Under the pieces are notes generated by a model that saw only the letters and a list, made by a program, of their open reading frames with translations, was not told the origin of the DNA and did no database searches. Source: Turneriella sp. (GTDB lineage Bacteria > Spirochaetota > Leptospiria > Turneriellales > Turneriellaceae). From it: a stretch of DNA of 64,000 nt. Made by a program: the position numbers and the translations under genes. Each line of letters begins with the position of its first letter. The first letter of the stretch is position 1. The DNA lies in NCBI GenBank assembly GCA_965279515.1, contig CBDIID010000003.1, positions 4,608,001-4,672,000 on the forward strand, given 5' to 3'. Positions 45,848 to 56,081 of the stretch are shown here, piece after piece.

Positions 45848-47082
45848 AATACATACTCGCTTTAGGTTCGAATGTCGGCGACCGGCATGAAAACCTTGAA
45901 AAGGCCATCGGCCTTATCGGAAAGTTTGCCGAGGTTGTCAGTAAGTCGCAGATTCTCGAAACCTGGCCGATCTTGATCCGCGCGCAGGGCCGGTTTCTCA
46001 ACCAGGGGATCCTGATCGTCACCGACAAAAATCCCGCCGAAGTTCTCGCCGGAACACTCGAAGTCGAAAAGCAGATCGGGCGTAAAAAACGCATCAAAAA
46101 TGGGCCGCGCGAGATCGACATCGATATTATCTGGAGCTCGGCCGGAAGTGTCAATACGCGCGATCTCAGGATACCCCATCCGCATAACCGCGCGCGCGAA
46201 TGGGTTCGACAGATTATGCAAGAGCTTAAAGGCGACACCCTCGACGCCGAAAGTGGTATTCCATGGAAAAAAATTACAGGAAGATCGATCATGAATGTGA
46301 ATGATTTTGTAAAAAAGAAGGCTGCCGGAGAGAAAATCACCGTCGTCACCTGCTACGACCATGCCTTTGCACGGCTTATTGCCCGCACCTCGGTCGATGC
46401 CATACTGGTAGGCGACTCGCTGGGGAACGTCATCCAGGGAAATCCCAACACGCTTGCGGTTACCGTGGACGATATGGTCTACCACGCCCGTATCGTAAAG
46501 CGGGGGGCTCCGCAGGCCTTTATCATCGTCGACATGCCGTTTATGTCATACCAGACCGGTATCGAAGACGCGCTCAAAAATGCCGGCCGCATTATTAAAG
46601 AAACCGGAGCCGATGCCGTGAAACTCGAGGGCGGGGCAGAGGTTGCGCCACAGATACGTGCGCTTGTGCAAGCGGGTATTCCGGTGATGGGGCACCTGGG
46701 CCTCACGCCGCAGTCGCTTCTCGCATTCGGTGGCTACAAGGTGCAGGGAAAATCCGCCAATGCCGCGACGAAGATTTTATCAGACGCCAAAGCGATTGAA
46801 GAGGCGGGTGTCTTTGGCATGGTGCTCGAGATGGTGCCGGTGGTTTTGGGTGAGAAAATTTCCCAAGCACTGACAGTACCGACGATCGGCATTGGCGCCG
46901 GCGACAAGACCGACGGCCAGGTGCTTGTGCTCACCGATCTTTTGGGTCTCGACCCTGATTTTGTGCCGCGCTTTGTGCGTAAATATGCAGATTTGAGCGG
47001 CGCAGTGCTTGGCGCCCTGGAGAACTATGCTGCCGACGTCAGGCAGGGTAAATTTCCTTCTGAAAAAGAATCTTTCTCCTGA
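45826..47082 (+). CDS. folK-panB: In-frame FolK (HPPK) - PanB (ketopantoate hydroxymethyltransferase) fusion
   Basis: FolK: LGSNVG, GPREIDIDI, IPHP. PanB from M at 46291: LVGDSLG, DMPF, VKLEGG, GHLGLTPQS, IGIGAG. No intervening stop. Confidence 0.9.
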   Translation: MAGAEKIEYILALGSNVGDRHENLEKAIGLIGKFAEVVSKSQILETWPILIRAQGRFLNQGILIVTDKNPAEVLAGTLEVEKQIGRKKRIKNGPREIDIDIIWSSAGSVNTRDLRIPHPHNRAREWVRQIMQELKGDTLDAESGIPWKKITGRSIMNVNDFVKKKAAGEKITVVTCYDHAFARLIARTSVDAILVGDSLGNVIQGNPNTLAVTVDDMVYHARIVKRGAPQAFIIVDMPFMSYQTGIEDALKNAGRIIKETGADAVKLEGGAEVAPQIRALVQAGIPVMGHLGLTPQSLLAFGGYKVQGKSANAATKILSDAKAIEEAGVFGMVLEMVPVVLGEKISQALTVPTIGIGAGDKTDGQVLVLTDLLGLDPDFVPRFVRKYADLSGAVLGALENYAADVRQGKFPSEKESFS

Positions 47083-47083
47083 T

Positions 47084-47884
47084 ATGTTGAAGGAAAATAC
47101 ACCGGCCAAAATTGCCCTGGTCACGGGGGCGAGCAAGGGGTTGGGATTCTCCCTGGCGCAAAAACTCTCGGCCGCAGGGTACACAGTCATTCTCAATGCG
47201 CGCACGGCTAAAGATCTGGAAGCCGCGCGGAAACAAATGCCGCGGCCAGCCGCGGTATTGGCCGCAGATGTTTCAGATGCGCATTTTGGTGCGGCGTTGC
47301 AGAAACTGATGCTGAGGGAGAAGTTCCCGCATCTCGATCTCGTCGTCCATTCGGCCGCCATCAATCATATGGGTACAGTGCGTGATACAAAACCGGAGAA
47401 TGCCGCGGCGACGTTTCGTGCCAATACGTTTTCTGTTATCTCCCTGGCGCAGGCGACACGTACTTATCTTGAAAAATCGGCTGAGCCGCAGTTCGTTCTG
47501 GTTTCGAGCCTCATGCAATATTTTTCGATGCCCGGCCGCAGCGTCTATGCCGCCTCGAAGGCAGCCGCCGAACAAATCACGGCCGCATGGGCGCATGAGT
47601 TAAAGGCGGAGCGCAGCAGTATAAAGGTGAAGATTTTCCGTCCGGCGGGCATCCAGACAGGTTTTCATGGCAACACCAAAACAGACGGGTCATCGCCGCG
47701 TTCCGAAGTTTCACGCATGTCAGCGGATGATGCCGCCGGTCATCTGGTACAGTTAATCCATTCCGGTGCTGCCGAGTTGGCGCCGGGAGCCATGAACAAG
47801 GTGGTTGCTTTTGTCGCCCGGCATTTTCCGGGACTTACAGATTACCTGGTTCAGCGCCGGTTCAGGCGCAACCTGGGCAATTAG
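47084..47884 (+). CDS. SDR family oxidoreductase
   Basis: TGASKGLG, VSS, YAASK; ATG 47084 right after the panB stop. Confidence 0.9.
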   Translation: MLKENTPAKIALVTGASKGLGFSLAQKLSAAGYTVILNARTAKDLEAARKQMPRPAAVLAADVSDAHFGAALQKLMLREKFPHLDLVVHSAAINHMGTVRDTKPENAAATFRANTFSVISLAQATRTYLEKSAEPQFVLVSSLMQYFSMPGRSVYAASKAAAEQITAAWAHELKAERSSIKVKIFRPAGIQTGFHGNTKTDGSSPRSEVSRMSADDAAGHLVQLIHSGAAELAPGAMNKVVAFVARHFPGLTDYLVQRRFRRNLGN

Positions 47885-48351
47885 AAGCGGTACTGGTATT
47901 CTAAGCCAAAGCTTATCTGTTTCATTTCCGGTGTGACCGGCGATGACAGTGCCTTCGAAGAGCCGCGGTAGAAATAGACACCCGATAAGAAAAAGCCCGC
48001 CCCGACGAGTGAGGTGGTGAAGGCAATGGGATCGTACGACCCCAGGAAACCACAGTTATCCTTGCAATCGCGTTGCTCTGTTCCGAATAACAGCGTTAAT
48101 CCCATGGCCAGCAGCGCCACACCGATCAGCATACTGGGTTTGCCCGGATGGTCGATGTCGGCAATTTGCGAGTTCGCAATACGTTTTCGGCCGTCCTTCG
48201 TTTCGATATGAACCGACTCGCTGTCGGAACCCAGAATTTTTCCCGAGACTTCGCTGCGGTCTTGCAGCACGAGAGTTGCAGAAGACGAACAACGCACCAG
48301 GAAGACCAAGGCAAGGAACAGGGAGATGGCGCGCATGGTAAATGATGGCAT
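47881..48351 (-). CDS. Hypothetical lipoprotein/membrane protein
   Basis: FLVR-C lipobox-like motif, small beta domain, two hydrophobic segments. Confidence 0.6.
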   Translation of the reverse strand: MPSFTMRAISLFLALVFLVRCSSSATLVLQDRSEVSGKILGSDSESVHIETKDGRKRIANSQIADIDHPGKPSMLIGVALLAMGLTLLFGTEQRDCKDNCGFLGSYDPIAFTTSLVGAGFFLSGVYFYRGSSKALSSPVTPEMKQISFGLEYQYRF

Positions 48352-48405
48352 AAGCTCCGCCGGGTATCAAAAACGAAACAGAAAAGACAGCATTATTGGC
48401 TGCGC

Positions 48406-49506
48406 TTAATCCTGCCGCCAGATGACGTGGGCGTTCAGGAAATAGTTCCAAAATGAGGCGATGACGATGCCGACGGTGTTTGCCAGGTAAATATTGAGGT
48501 TTAAGAAGTGGGAAAGATGCAGCGCCACCGCATAATTGATGTAGGCGCCTGTCAGGCAGACCGCTTGAAAATAGATGAATCCCCTGAGCAGGGCGATGCC
48601 CGTGCGCAGCATGGAATCCCGGAAGGTGAAGAGATTGTTGACGAAAAAATTCGATACAATCGCCGCCTCGATGGCCAGCAATAATGCCCGCTCATCCGGA
48701 AGGGCAAAAAAATGCCGGCTGAGCCAGAAGACCGACTGGTTGACGACGATGCCTGACATACCCACGAGAACGAACTGGATATACTTTCGCGAGACCAGGC
48801 CGCCGAAACGCAGCTCGGCCAGCGCGACAAGATAGTTCAGCATGACGCCGCCGGTCAGCTTACTTTCACCGTGCGTCCGGTTACGAAAAACATAACCGAC
48901 TTCGGAAATTTTAATCCCCCGGGCCCGTGTCGCTATTTCCAGCAGTATCTTGAAACCCCTCGGGTTGATCTGCGGCGCGATTTTTTTGAAGAGCTCGTTC
49001 GTCAGCGCGAAGTAGCCGCTCATCGGGTCAGAAGGCAGTTTCGGAAACAGCATCTGCGCCATCACCGTTGCACCCCATGAAATGAACCGGCGTGTCTTCG
49101 ACCAGCCCTCGTATCCGCCGTCCTGGGTTTTACGGCTTGCGACGACGAGGTCGGCTCCGGCTTCGAGGCGGGCGACAATGGCTGGCAGAATCTTCTCGTC
49201 GTGCTGCAGGTCGGCGTCGATGACGGCGAGGTATTTTCCCTGCGCCATCTGGAAGCCGTCCATCACAGCTGGTGATAATCCCCTGTTATGCATGCGGCAG
49301 ATGGCGCGCACAGAGCCGTATTTTTTCCCGAGTGCCAGGGCTTTTTCATAGGTTTTGTCGGGTGAATTATCGTCGGCGACGATAATTTCGTGGGGTATCT
49401 TCACGAGCAGCCGGTGCAGGCGCGGTATCAGGATCGCGATATTTTCAGCTTCGTTATACGTCGGAATGACAATCGAAATGACGGGTGGCTTTTTTTTCGG
49501 CGGCAT
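48406..49506 (-). CDS. Polyprenol-phosphate glycosyltransferase (DPM1-like GT2) fused to GtrA
   Basis: IPTYNE, DDNSPD, DADLQH, DPMSGYF, RTHGESKL; C-terminal four-TM GtrA (QFVLVG..G..VN). Confidence 0.9.
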   Translation of the reverse strand: MPPKKKPPVISIVIPTYNEAENIAILIPRLHRLLVKIPHEIIVADDNSPDKTYEKALALGKKYGSVRAICRMHNRGLSPAVMDGFQMAQGKYLAVIDADLQHDEKILPAIVARLEAGADLVVASRKTQDGGYEGWSKTRRFISWGATVMAQMLFPKLPSDPMSGYFALTNELFKKIAPQINPRGFKILLEIATRARGIKISEVGYVFRNRTHGESKLTGGVMLNYLVALAELRFGGLVSRKYIQFVLVGMSGIVVNQSVFWLSRHFFALPDERALLLAIEAAIVSNFFVNNLFTFRDSMLRTGIALLRGFIYFQAVCLTGAYINYAVALHLSHFLNLNIYLANTVGIVIASFWNYFLNAHVIWRQD

Positions 49507-49579
49507 AATGTCAGTTTTGACGGCACTTTTGGATGGAGTATCCGGAAAATTGAGCCGTGGAAGGAACTTCCTTTACATG

Positions 49580-49722
49580 AAAGCCCTGAGCGTTCTGAGC
49601 GAAAAATATCCGGACCGGCAGGCAACTTGAAAAGCGTAGGGGCCAGCCCCGTAGAGGGGGATTACTCATTCCAAGGAGGAATCGGGTCCCTGAGAACGCG
49701 CGTAAATCGCGAATTGGGCGGG
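49580..49722 (+). ncRNA. Candidate structured RNA (rod-like; family unassigned)
   Basis: Nested complementarity GCCC/GGGC, GCGTTCT/AGAACGC, GGACC/GGTCC plus internal hairpins, in an intergenic gap. Confidence 0.3.
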
Positions 49723-49729
49723 GATTGAC

Positions 49730-52486
49730 TTGGCCTTTACGCAGCAATCCCCCGCAAGATTATGTCTCATCGTGGAACAGGGGAAACTCAATTTTGATGC
49801 CTCTCCCGGCGCAGAAAACCCGGGAAAAGCGCTGCGCCATGTCCTGAAAGCCGATGGCGAAGACCTGGAAGTCATGCTGCATTTGCCTGAGCTCGTAGCG
49901 CCGGAAACAGCAGCGAATCCCTGCGCCATGACGCCGATTTACGCGCGCCTGTGGGATCTCATGGAGCGCTATTACCGCGAACCGCTGGCTGTCTTTTCGT
50001 CATCCCGCACGATGCTGCTACCACACCAGGTCGAGGCCGCCCTCAAGGTCGTTTCAGCGTCGCGGCCGCGCTTCCTGATTGCCGACGAAGTGGGTCTCGG
50101 CAAAACCATCGAGGCCGGGCTCATTCTCAAAGAGCTGAAGCTCAAGCATGGCTACCGCAAGATTCTCATCGTCGTGCCTTCGCCGCTCTTGGCGCAATGG
50201 CAGCAAGAGCTGAAAACTAAATTCGCCGAAGATTTTACAATTTTAAGCGGGGATGTCATGCGGCGGGGGAAACCTTTTGCAGCAGGAACACAATTTCTCG
50301 TTTCCGTAGATCTCGCGAAAGACGAGCGTTATCTCGAAACCTTCCTCGCTCAGAATTTCGACTTGGTGGTTTTTGACGAAGCACACCGGCTGCGCCGTGA
50401 CGCGAATCAGATCACGCAGGCCTGGCACTTTGCGCATGCTATCAGCCAGAATGTCGAAGGTCTTTTGTTGCTCTCAGCGACACCGTTTCGCGGCAAGCTC
50501 GAAGAAATCTTCTTTCTGATTCAGCTGCTCGACCCCGATATCCTGGGCCCGCTGGCGACGTTTCAGACGCAGTTCGCGCAGGATGCCTCGCTGTTGCGTG
50601 ACCGGCTTTCCCCGGTGGTGATTCGGCGCCGCAAGATCGATGTCGGCGGTTTTACCAAACGTTTTGCGAAAACGGTCAAGATCGACCTGACGCGTGATGA
50701 GCGTACCTTCTACGACCGCACAACCGAATACGTGAAGACAGAATTCAACCGGGCCTTATCGCGCGGCGAGAATTTGAAAACCTTTATTATGATCGTGTTC
50801 CAGAAACTCCTGGATTCATCGCCGTATGCGCTGATGAAGGCGCTCGAGGGCCGCCGCGCCCGGCTCGAAGGCCTTTATTTCCGCGTCATGCACGAAATTT
50901 CCGAGAGTGAAGACGTCGCGACAGCAGTGCGCGAGTTTCAGGAAGAAGAGGGTTTCCAGGAGAGCGAGATCCTGAATCCGCAGGAAATCCGCGCAGAAAT
51001 TCAGACACTGACGCATCTTGCGCTTTTAGGTAAAAAAATCGAAACCGACAGTAAGCTGACACACCTGAAAAAGACTCTGAAGACGATGCAGTCGACGGGG
51101 CATAAAAAATTCGTCATCTTTACGCAGTTTAAATCCACGCTCGAATACCTGAAGATGAACCTGACGGGTTACAAGGTCGTCGGTTTCCATGGCGGACTGA
51201 ATTTTGAGCAGAAAGAGGAAGCGATCAGGCAATTTTTTGCCGATGTCGAGATTCTCATCTGTACCGAGGCGGGGGGCGAGGGCCGTAACCTGCAGATCGC
51301 GGCTTGCCTCATCAACTACGACCTGCCATGGAGTCCGCTAAAACTTGAGCAGCGGATCGGCCGCATCCACCGTTTCGGGCAGACGCGCGATGTGCACATC
51401 GTCAATTTCGCCTGCCGCGACACCGTTGCCGAGCGCGTCGTCGAAGTGCTCGAAGAGAAGATCCGCCTGTTTGAAAATGCGCTGGGGCCGTCGGATACGC
51501 TGCTCGGCGTATTTGAGAGCGAATATAAATTCGGCCGCAGCCTGATGTCGTTTCTCGGCGCGAAAAAGACGAAGCGCGAGCACAACGAAGAACTCGAACG
51601 CAGTCTTTTTCTAGCGAAAGAAAACCTGATCAACGTCGACAGGCTGATTTCAACCGAACACATGAGTTTTAATCTCGCCGCATTCAAACACGCGCAGGGT
51701 GAGGGTGGCGACCGCAGCGGCGAGAGCGGCCGCGAGCTGGCGCGCGTGATGAGCGATTATGCCGCACTGCGCAGTATTGCTCACAAGAGCGACGCTAAAG
51801 CGGTTGAGTTCGGCGACGGAAATTTGCCGGCGCGGCGTGGCACCTTCGATCACGAGGCGGCGACAAACTGCGTCGATCTGGAATTTTTCGCCTTCGGGCA
51901 TGACCTGATCGACCGTTTTGCATCGGATATTATCGCCGCCGCAGAAGAGGCGCCCGTGGTGCGCAGCGATGCCCGGCGCAGCGGTATGTTATTCTTTTTC
52001 GCACTGACGCTCGAACTTGACAAGAAGTATAAGCGGATGTACCGCGTATGGCTGCCTAAATTCGAAGACGGCGAGGCGCCTGATTTTCTTCCGGATGTGC
52101 CTGCTGGCGCCGCCAAGCCGTTCACCCCGGATAAAGCCTGGCTGAAAGCCGCGGCGGTTCGCGCCATGGATAAGATTGCACCGAAGATCACAGGGGATGT
52201 CCGTGCGATTCTCACGAAAATACGCCCGTCGGAGAGCTACTGGCATTACCGCATCGTCGATTCCGCGGCGGCGCGCAAAAATACCATCGAAGAAAAGCTG
52301 GAAATCCAGCGCGGCAAGCTCAAATGGTATGGTGGAAAATTTGCCGGTACGGTTTCCAAGCTTGCGGGCGATAAACGCCGCAGCGAACGCGCGGAATATG
52401 AACGCCTACAGCGCAGTCATTCGCGCCTGAATCCGAAAATCGTCATCGACCTGAAAAAGGTTTGCGTACTATCTAACGAACATTGA
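49730..52486 (+). CDS. SNF2-family (RapA/HepA-like) helicase
   Basis: PHQ, ADEVGLGKT, DEAH, LSATP, TEAGGEGRNLQ, YDLPW, EQRIGRIHRFGQ. Confidence 0.92.
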   Translation: MAFTQQSPARLCLIVEQGKLNFDASPGAENPGKALRHVLKADGEDLEVMLHLPELVAPETAANPCAMTPIYARLWDLMERYYREPLAVFSSSRTMLLPHQVEAALKVVSASRPRFLIADEVGLGKTIEAGLILKELKLKHGYRKILIVVPSPLLAQWQQELKTKFAEDFTILSGDVMRRGKPFAAGTQFLVSVDLAKDERYLETFLAQNFDLVVFDEAHRLRRDANQITQAWHFAHAISQNVEGLLLLSATPFRGKLEEIFFLIQLLDPDILGPLATFQTQFAQDASLLRDRLSPVVIRRRKIDVGGFTKRFAKTVKIDLTRDERTFYDRTTEYVKTEFNRALSRGENLKTFIMIVFQKLLDSSPYALMKALEGRRARLEGLYFRVMHEISESEDVATAVREFQEEEGFQESEILNPQEIRAEIQTLTHLALLGKKIETDSKLTHLKKTLKTMQSTGHKKFVIFTQFKSTLEYLKMNLTGYKVVGFHGGLNFEQKEEAIRQFFADVEILICTEAGGEGRNLQIAACLINYDLPWSPLKLEQRIGRIHRFGQTRDVHIVNFACRDTVAERVVEVLEEKIRLFENALGPSDTLLGVFESEYKFGRSLMSFLGAKKTKREHNEELERSLFLAKENLINVDRLISTEHMSFNLAAFKHAQGEGGDRSGESGRELARVMSDYAALRSIAHKSDAKAVEFGDGNLPARRGTFDHEAATNCVDLEFFAFGHDLIDRFASDIIAAAEEAPVVRSDARRSGMLFFFALTLELDKKYKRMYRVWLPKFEDGEAPDFLPDVPAGAAKPFTPDKAWLKAAAVRAMDKIAPKITGDVRAILTKIRPSESYWHYRIVDSAAARKNTIEEKLEIQRGKLKWYGGKFAGTVSKLAGDKRRSERAEYERLQRSHSRLNPKIVIDLKKVCVLSNEH

Positions 52487-52495
52487 TTAACGGTA

Positions 52496-53842
52496 ATGGG
52501 ACTCATCGACGACGTTAAAACGTCGGTTGCGGCTGCGGGGCGTGTCGCTCAAACATCTTTCGTTTTCGCCCGCCATGCGCAGTTTTTTGCGCGGCTGGTA
52601 GCTAATCCGTCTGCGCCTGAAAATGCGCGTGAACTGCGGCGCATTTTTGAAACGCTCGGCGCGACGTATATTAAGCTCGGGCAGTTTATTGCCTCAGCGC
52701 CGGGAATTTTTCCCGATGCCTATGTCACAGAAATGCAGGCCCTGCTGGATCGCACGAGCCCGGTCGATTTCGCCGATCTCGAAAAGATCCTGAAAGCCGA
52801 GCTGGGCAGCGACTACCGCAAGAATTTCCGCAATATCGAAGAGATTCCCCTGGCATCGGCCTCGATCGCGCAGGTGCATGCGGCGACACTTGCCGACGGG
52901 CAGGCGGTGGTGCTGAAAATACAGCGGCCCAATATCGAAGCGAAGATGGATGCCGATTTAGGGCTTATGTCGTTCGCGGCGCGCTTTCTCGAAGTCATGC
53001 TGCCCGAAACCAAACGTGTCGGCGTCACCGACGTCATCCATGAACTCGGGCGCTCGATGGCCGACGAAACCGATTTTCTCGCCGAGGCGAAGAACATCGC
53101 TGACTTTGATGCGTTTCTCACCAATACCAATGAACGCGATGTGGTCGTGCCGCAGGTCGTCAAACGCCTGAGCACGAAGCGCGTGCTGACGATGTCGCGC
53201 CTCTACGGGGCGCCGCTCACTGACCTTGAGGTGGTGCGCAAGTATGCAAAAAACCCGCAGGCCGTGCTCGAAAAGGCGCTGGCTACCTGGTTTCAGTCGC
53301 TCGCGCTCGCGGGCTTTTTCCACGCCGATGTGCATGCGGGCAACCTCATGATTCTCGAAGACGGTAAGATCGGCTTCCTCGATTTCGGCATTGTCGGGCG
53401 CTTCAGCCCGAAGGTTTTCGAATCGCTGTGGCTGCTGATTCAGGGGCTCGGCGATCGTGACTATAAGCTGATTGCAAAATCCCTGATCGGTCTCGATGCG
53501 ACGGGTGGCGGCGGCGAAAAAGTCGAAGAAGAAAAATTCGCGGCAGAATTAAAATCGGTGTTTGAAAAGGTAAACAGTTTCGGTAAGACTGTCGAGAAGG
53601 CGATGGCGCGCGGCGACGAACTGCGTGTCGACGAGGCCGATCTCAATGCGATGGTTTTACAGATCGCCGGGGTTGCGCGCCAAAACGGCCTTAAGATTCC
53701 GCGCGAGTTTGCACTCCTCATCAAGCAGATGCTCTATTTTGACCGCTACGCGCAGATTCTCGCGCCGGGTATGTCGGTCTATTCGCTGAGCCAGGAGGCT
53801 CACCGAGCCGACGGCCAACCCAAATTTCTGCCGAAAAGCTGA
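52496..53842 (+). CDS. ABC1/UbiB (AarF) atypical kinase
   Basis: YIKLGQ, ASASIAQVH, KIQRP, FFHADVHAGN, FLDFG. Confidence 0.93.
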   Translation: MGLIDDVKTSVAAAGRVAQTSFVFARHAQFFARLVANPSAPENARELRRIFETLGATYIKLGQFIASAPGIFPDAYVTEMQALLDRTSPVDFADLEKILKAELGSDYRKNFRNIEEIPLASASIAQVHAATLADGQAVVLKIQRPNIEAKMDADLGLMSFAARFLEVMLPETKRVGVTDVIHELGRSMADETDFLAEAKNIADFDAFLTNTNERDVVVPQVVKRLSTKRVLTMSRLYGAPLTDLEVVRKYAKNPQAVLEKALATWFQSLALAGFFHADVHAGNLMILEDGKIGFLDFGIVGRFSPKVFESLWLLIQGLGDRDYKLIAKSLIGLDATGGGGEKVEEEKFAAELKSVFEKVNSFGKTVEKAMARGDELRVDEADLNAMVLQIAGVARQNGLKIPREFALLIKQMLYFDRYAQILAPGMSVYSLSQEAHRADGQPKFLPKS

Positions 53843-54907
53843 TTAGCCGTAGCGGAAGAGGTGCTTCTGGATGCGTTCGTCTTCCCGGGCCAGTGCATAA
53901 CGTGCGAGGACGGCTGTCAATTTCGGCTTTTTAAGGCGCGCGAGCGAACGCACGGCGTCAACGACGGCCAGTGGGTAGCCTGAGCGATACGAAGCCATAA
54001 AGTAACGCACTGCCCGGCGCAGGTTTTTCTCAAACCGGTAAATTTTCGCCAGCGCAAAATAATCGCGCGCATCGAGCGCACGGTCAGTCCGCTGCAGCAA
54101 AGTCTTCTGCTGCGCGCGGTCGGCGCTTTTATCGCGGTGGATCTTGTATGCCCAGGTGGTATTGCCGGCGCGCGCCAGCTCGAAGGCCGCCGCGACACGC
54201 CGCATGAGGCTGATCAGTGTCAGGACATCCCACTGGTTATGGTTGAGGATTTTTTCCTTGAGTGCCGTATTTTCGAAGCGCACGAGTTCAAAATACGCCT
54301 GCGCGACTTCGGCTCCGCCGAGGTCGCCTGCGCGCGTGAAACCCAAAAGCCGTGTTTCGGCGTCGATGAGGCGCGCAGGCTTCTCGGGGTAAATCCGCCG
54401 GATCAGGTGGAAGAGGTCGACATGCGGCAGCGCGGCGAGGTTATGCTTCAGGTTGTATTTTGCCGCGCGGCGCATGATGAGCGGCAGGTCGAAGGATTTT
54501 CCGTTAAAAGAGACGAGGATGGAATTCTGTGCGGCGGTAATGAATGCGCGAAGAATATCTTCTTCGCCCGCAGGCGTCGCGGCAAAAAGAGTCGTGAGAT
54601 CTGCCCCCTGGCCCTGCGGTGCGGCATAACCGATAAGAAAGGGATATACCTGTTCTGCAGAGCCCAACCCCGTGCTCTCGAGATCGAAAAACAGCAGCCG
54701 GCTTTTATCTTCTGCGCGCAAAAAGTCGAGCGCGACACGGTCGGGTAGTTGCAGCGCTTCGCGCGAGAGCGGGTGATTGTCAAAAAGGGTCCGGACAGAT
54801 TCGAAGTGAATTATGTCCTGCGCGCTTTTTTTCTGCGGGGCCGCCTTGTTATACGCTTTCAGCCGGTCGCCGAGAGAACCGGCGCCGGGCCGGGCACCCG
54901 CGCTCAT
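53843..54907 (-). CDS. YprB-like RNase H-fold exonuclease with C-terminal TPR-like helices
   Basis: FFDLESTGL, SFNGKSFD, HVDL, HNQWDV. Confidence 0.85.
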   Translation of the reverse strand: MSAGARPGAGSLGDRLKAYNKAAPQKKSAQDIIHFESVRTLFDNHPLSREALQLPDRVALDFLRAEDKSRLLFFDLESTGLGSAEQVYPFLIGYAAPQGQGADLTTLFAATPAGEEDILRAFITAAQNSILVSFNGKSFDLPLIMRRAAKYNLKHNLAALPHVDLFHLIRRIYPEKPARLIDAETRLLGFTRAGDLGGAEVAQAYFELVRFENTALKEKILNHNQWDVLTLISLMRRVAAAFELARAGNTTWAYKIHRDKSADRAQQKTLLQRTDRALDARDYFALAKIYRFEKNLRRAVRYFMASYRSGYPLAVVDAVRSLARLKKPKLTAVLARYALAREDERIQKHLFRYG

Positions 54908-56079
54908 TGCAGACCGTAAAGGCCCTGGAGTTCTTCGAGTTGCGGCCCCAGTATCGAGGTGATGCCTTCTTTTGCAGCCGCGACAGTTACCTGTAGCAGC
55001 GACATTTTCAGCGCAGTGCGTTTTTCGGCGAGATTGCCGCTGTTTTCAAAAATACCGATGAGTTGCCCGTAGAGGCTCTGCGCGAGTTGCGGCGGCATAC
55101 CCTTTTGCTGCCCGGCAGCGAGCGCGCGCGACAGTGAAGTTGAAACTTTGCGGTAGGCTTCGACCTCGTCTTTGAGTTTATTTGCAGCACCCGCGTCGAT
55201 CTGCGCGCGCTGCATCACCTTGTGGATTTCCTCAGACCAGGCGACGGCTTGCCCCTGGGCCTCTTTCTGAAACAGCGTGTAGTAGGTGTAGGCCGCCTGC
55301 TGCAGCGGCGGCAATGACTGGTAATATTTTGCATAGGCGGCCTGGTCCTGCGCCTTCACATAACGTGCGACCGTATTCACAACCTGGACAAATGTGCGGA
55401 ATGTCATCTGCTGCGCAACGAGCGGCGCGCCGGGGCTGTCGGCCTCGTCGTCGCCTGAGCCGTCCCCGGTATCGGGGGTGTAGCTCAGCGGGCGTGCTGT
55501 AATAAAGAAGGATGCATATTTGCCCAGCAGCATTTCGCCGGGCTGCGGTTTAGGGCCCGCACCGGCAGGGGCTTCACCCGGCAGTACGAGCTCTGCCGAC
55601 TTCAGCTTTTCTTCGGCGTCGGCCTCGGGATCAAAGGGCTTGTACGTCAGCGGGGGAGCCGAGGCGAAGGCGCCGGCGAACAGCATGATGAGGTCGTTCG
55701 TCGGCACGCGGTACGGATTTTCATACTCCGCCTTGAATTTAGGAATTTCGGTTTCGAGCAGCTTCTCTTTTACCTTTTCGAGCTGCGGCATAAAATTCTG
55801 GCCGATGTACGCGCCGAGCCGGCCGGCATTGGGCTCTTTGATGAATGCGGCGAATTGCGGCAGCTGGTCGAAATAGTCGTCGAGCTTTTTGATGATACCC
55901 ATGGTAAACGCCGGCAGCTTCTGCGACAAGACCTGCGCTTCGGCCGGCGGTGTTTTGAGCGCCTGCTGGGCATAATGTACGAGCAGGCGCTGCATCGTCG
56001 TCAGGTAAGCGCGTTCGACTCCGGTTTCGGAGAGCTCGTACGCCCCCTCGGATTTTTTACTGATCAATGGTTGCAGCAT
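54904..56079 (-). CDS. Hypothetical protein
   Basis: 391-aa ORF coupled between aroQ and the YprB-like gene. Confidence 0.7.
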   Translation of the reverse strand: MLQPLISKKSEGAYELSETGVERAYLTTMQRLLVHYAQQALKTPPAEAQVLSQKLPAFTMGIIKKLDDYFDQLPQFAAFIKEPNAGRLGAYIGQNFMPQLEKVKEKLLETEIPKFKAEYENPYRVPTNDLIMLFAGAFASAPPLTYKPFDPEADAEEKLKSAELVLPGEAPAGAGPKPQPGEMLLGKYASFFITARPLSYTPDTGDGSGDDEADSPGAPLVAQQMTFRTFVQVVNTVARYVKAQDQAAYAKYYQSLPPLQQAAYTYYTLFQKEAQGQAVAWSEEIHKVMQRAQIDAGAANKLKDEVEAYRKVSTSLSRALAAGQQKGMPPQLAQSLYGQLIGIFENSGNLAEKRTALKMSLLQVTVAAAKEGITSILGPQLEELQGLYGLQ

Positions 56080-56081
56080 CG

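Noticed and set aside
49595..49642. TPP riboswitch (CTGAG...AGCGTAGGG)
   Set aside because: Lacks the ACCTGAT and TAAT core, and the downstream gene is unrelated to thiamine.
49730..54907. SNF2 helicase + kinase + nuclease as an anti-phage system (DISARM-like)
   Set aside because: No methylase, DUF1998 helicase or PLD; the nuclease is convergent and belongs to another operon; the kinase is an ordinary ABC1/UbiB type.
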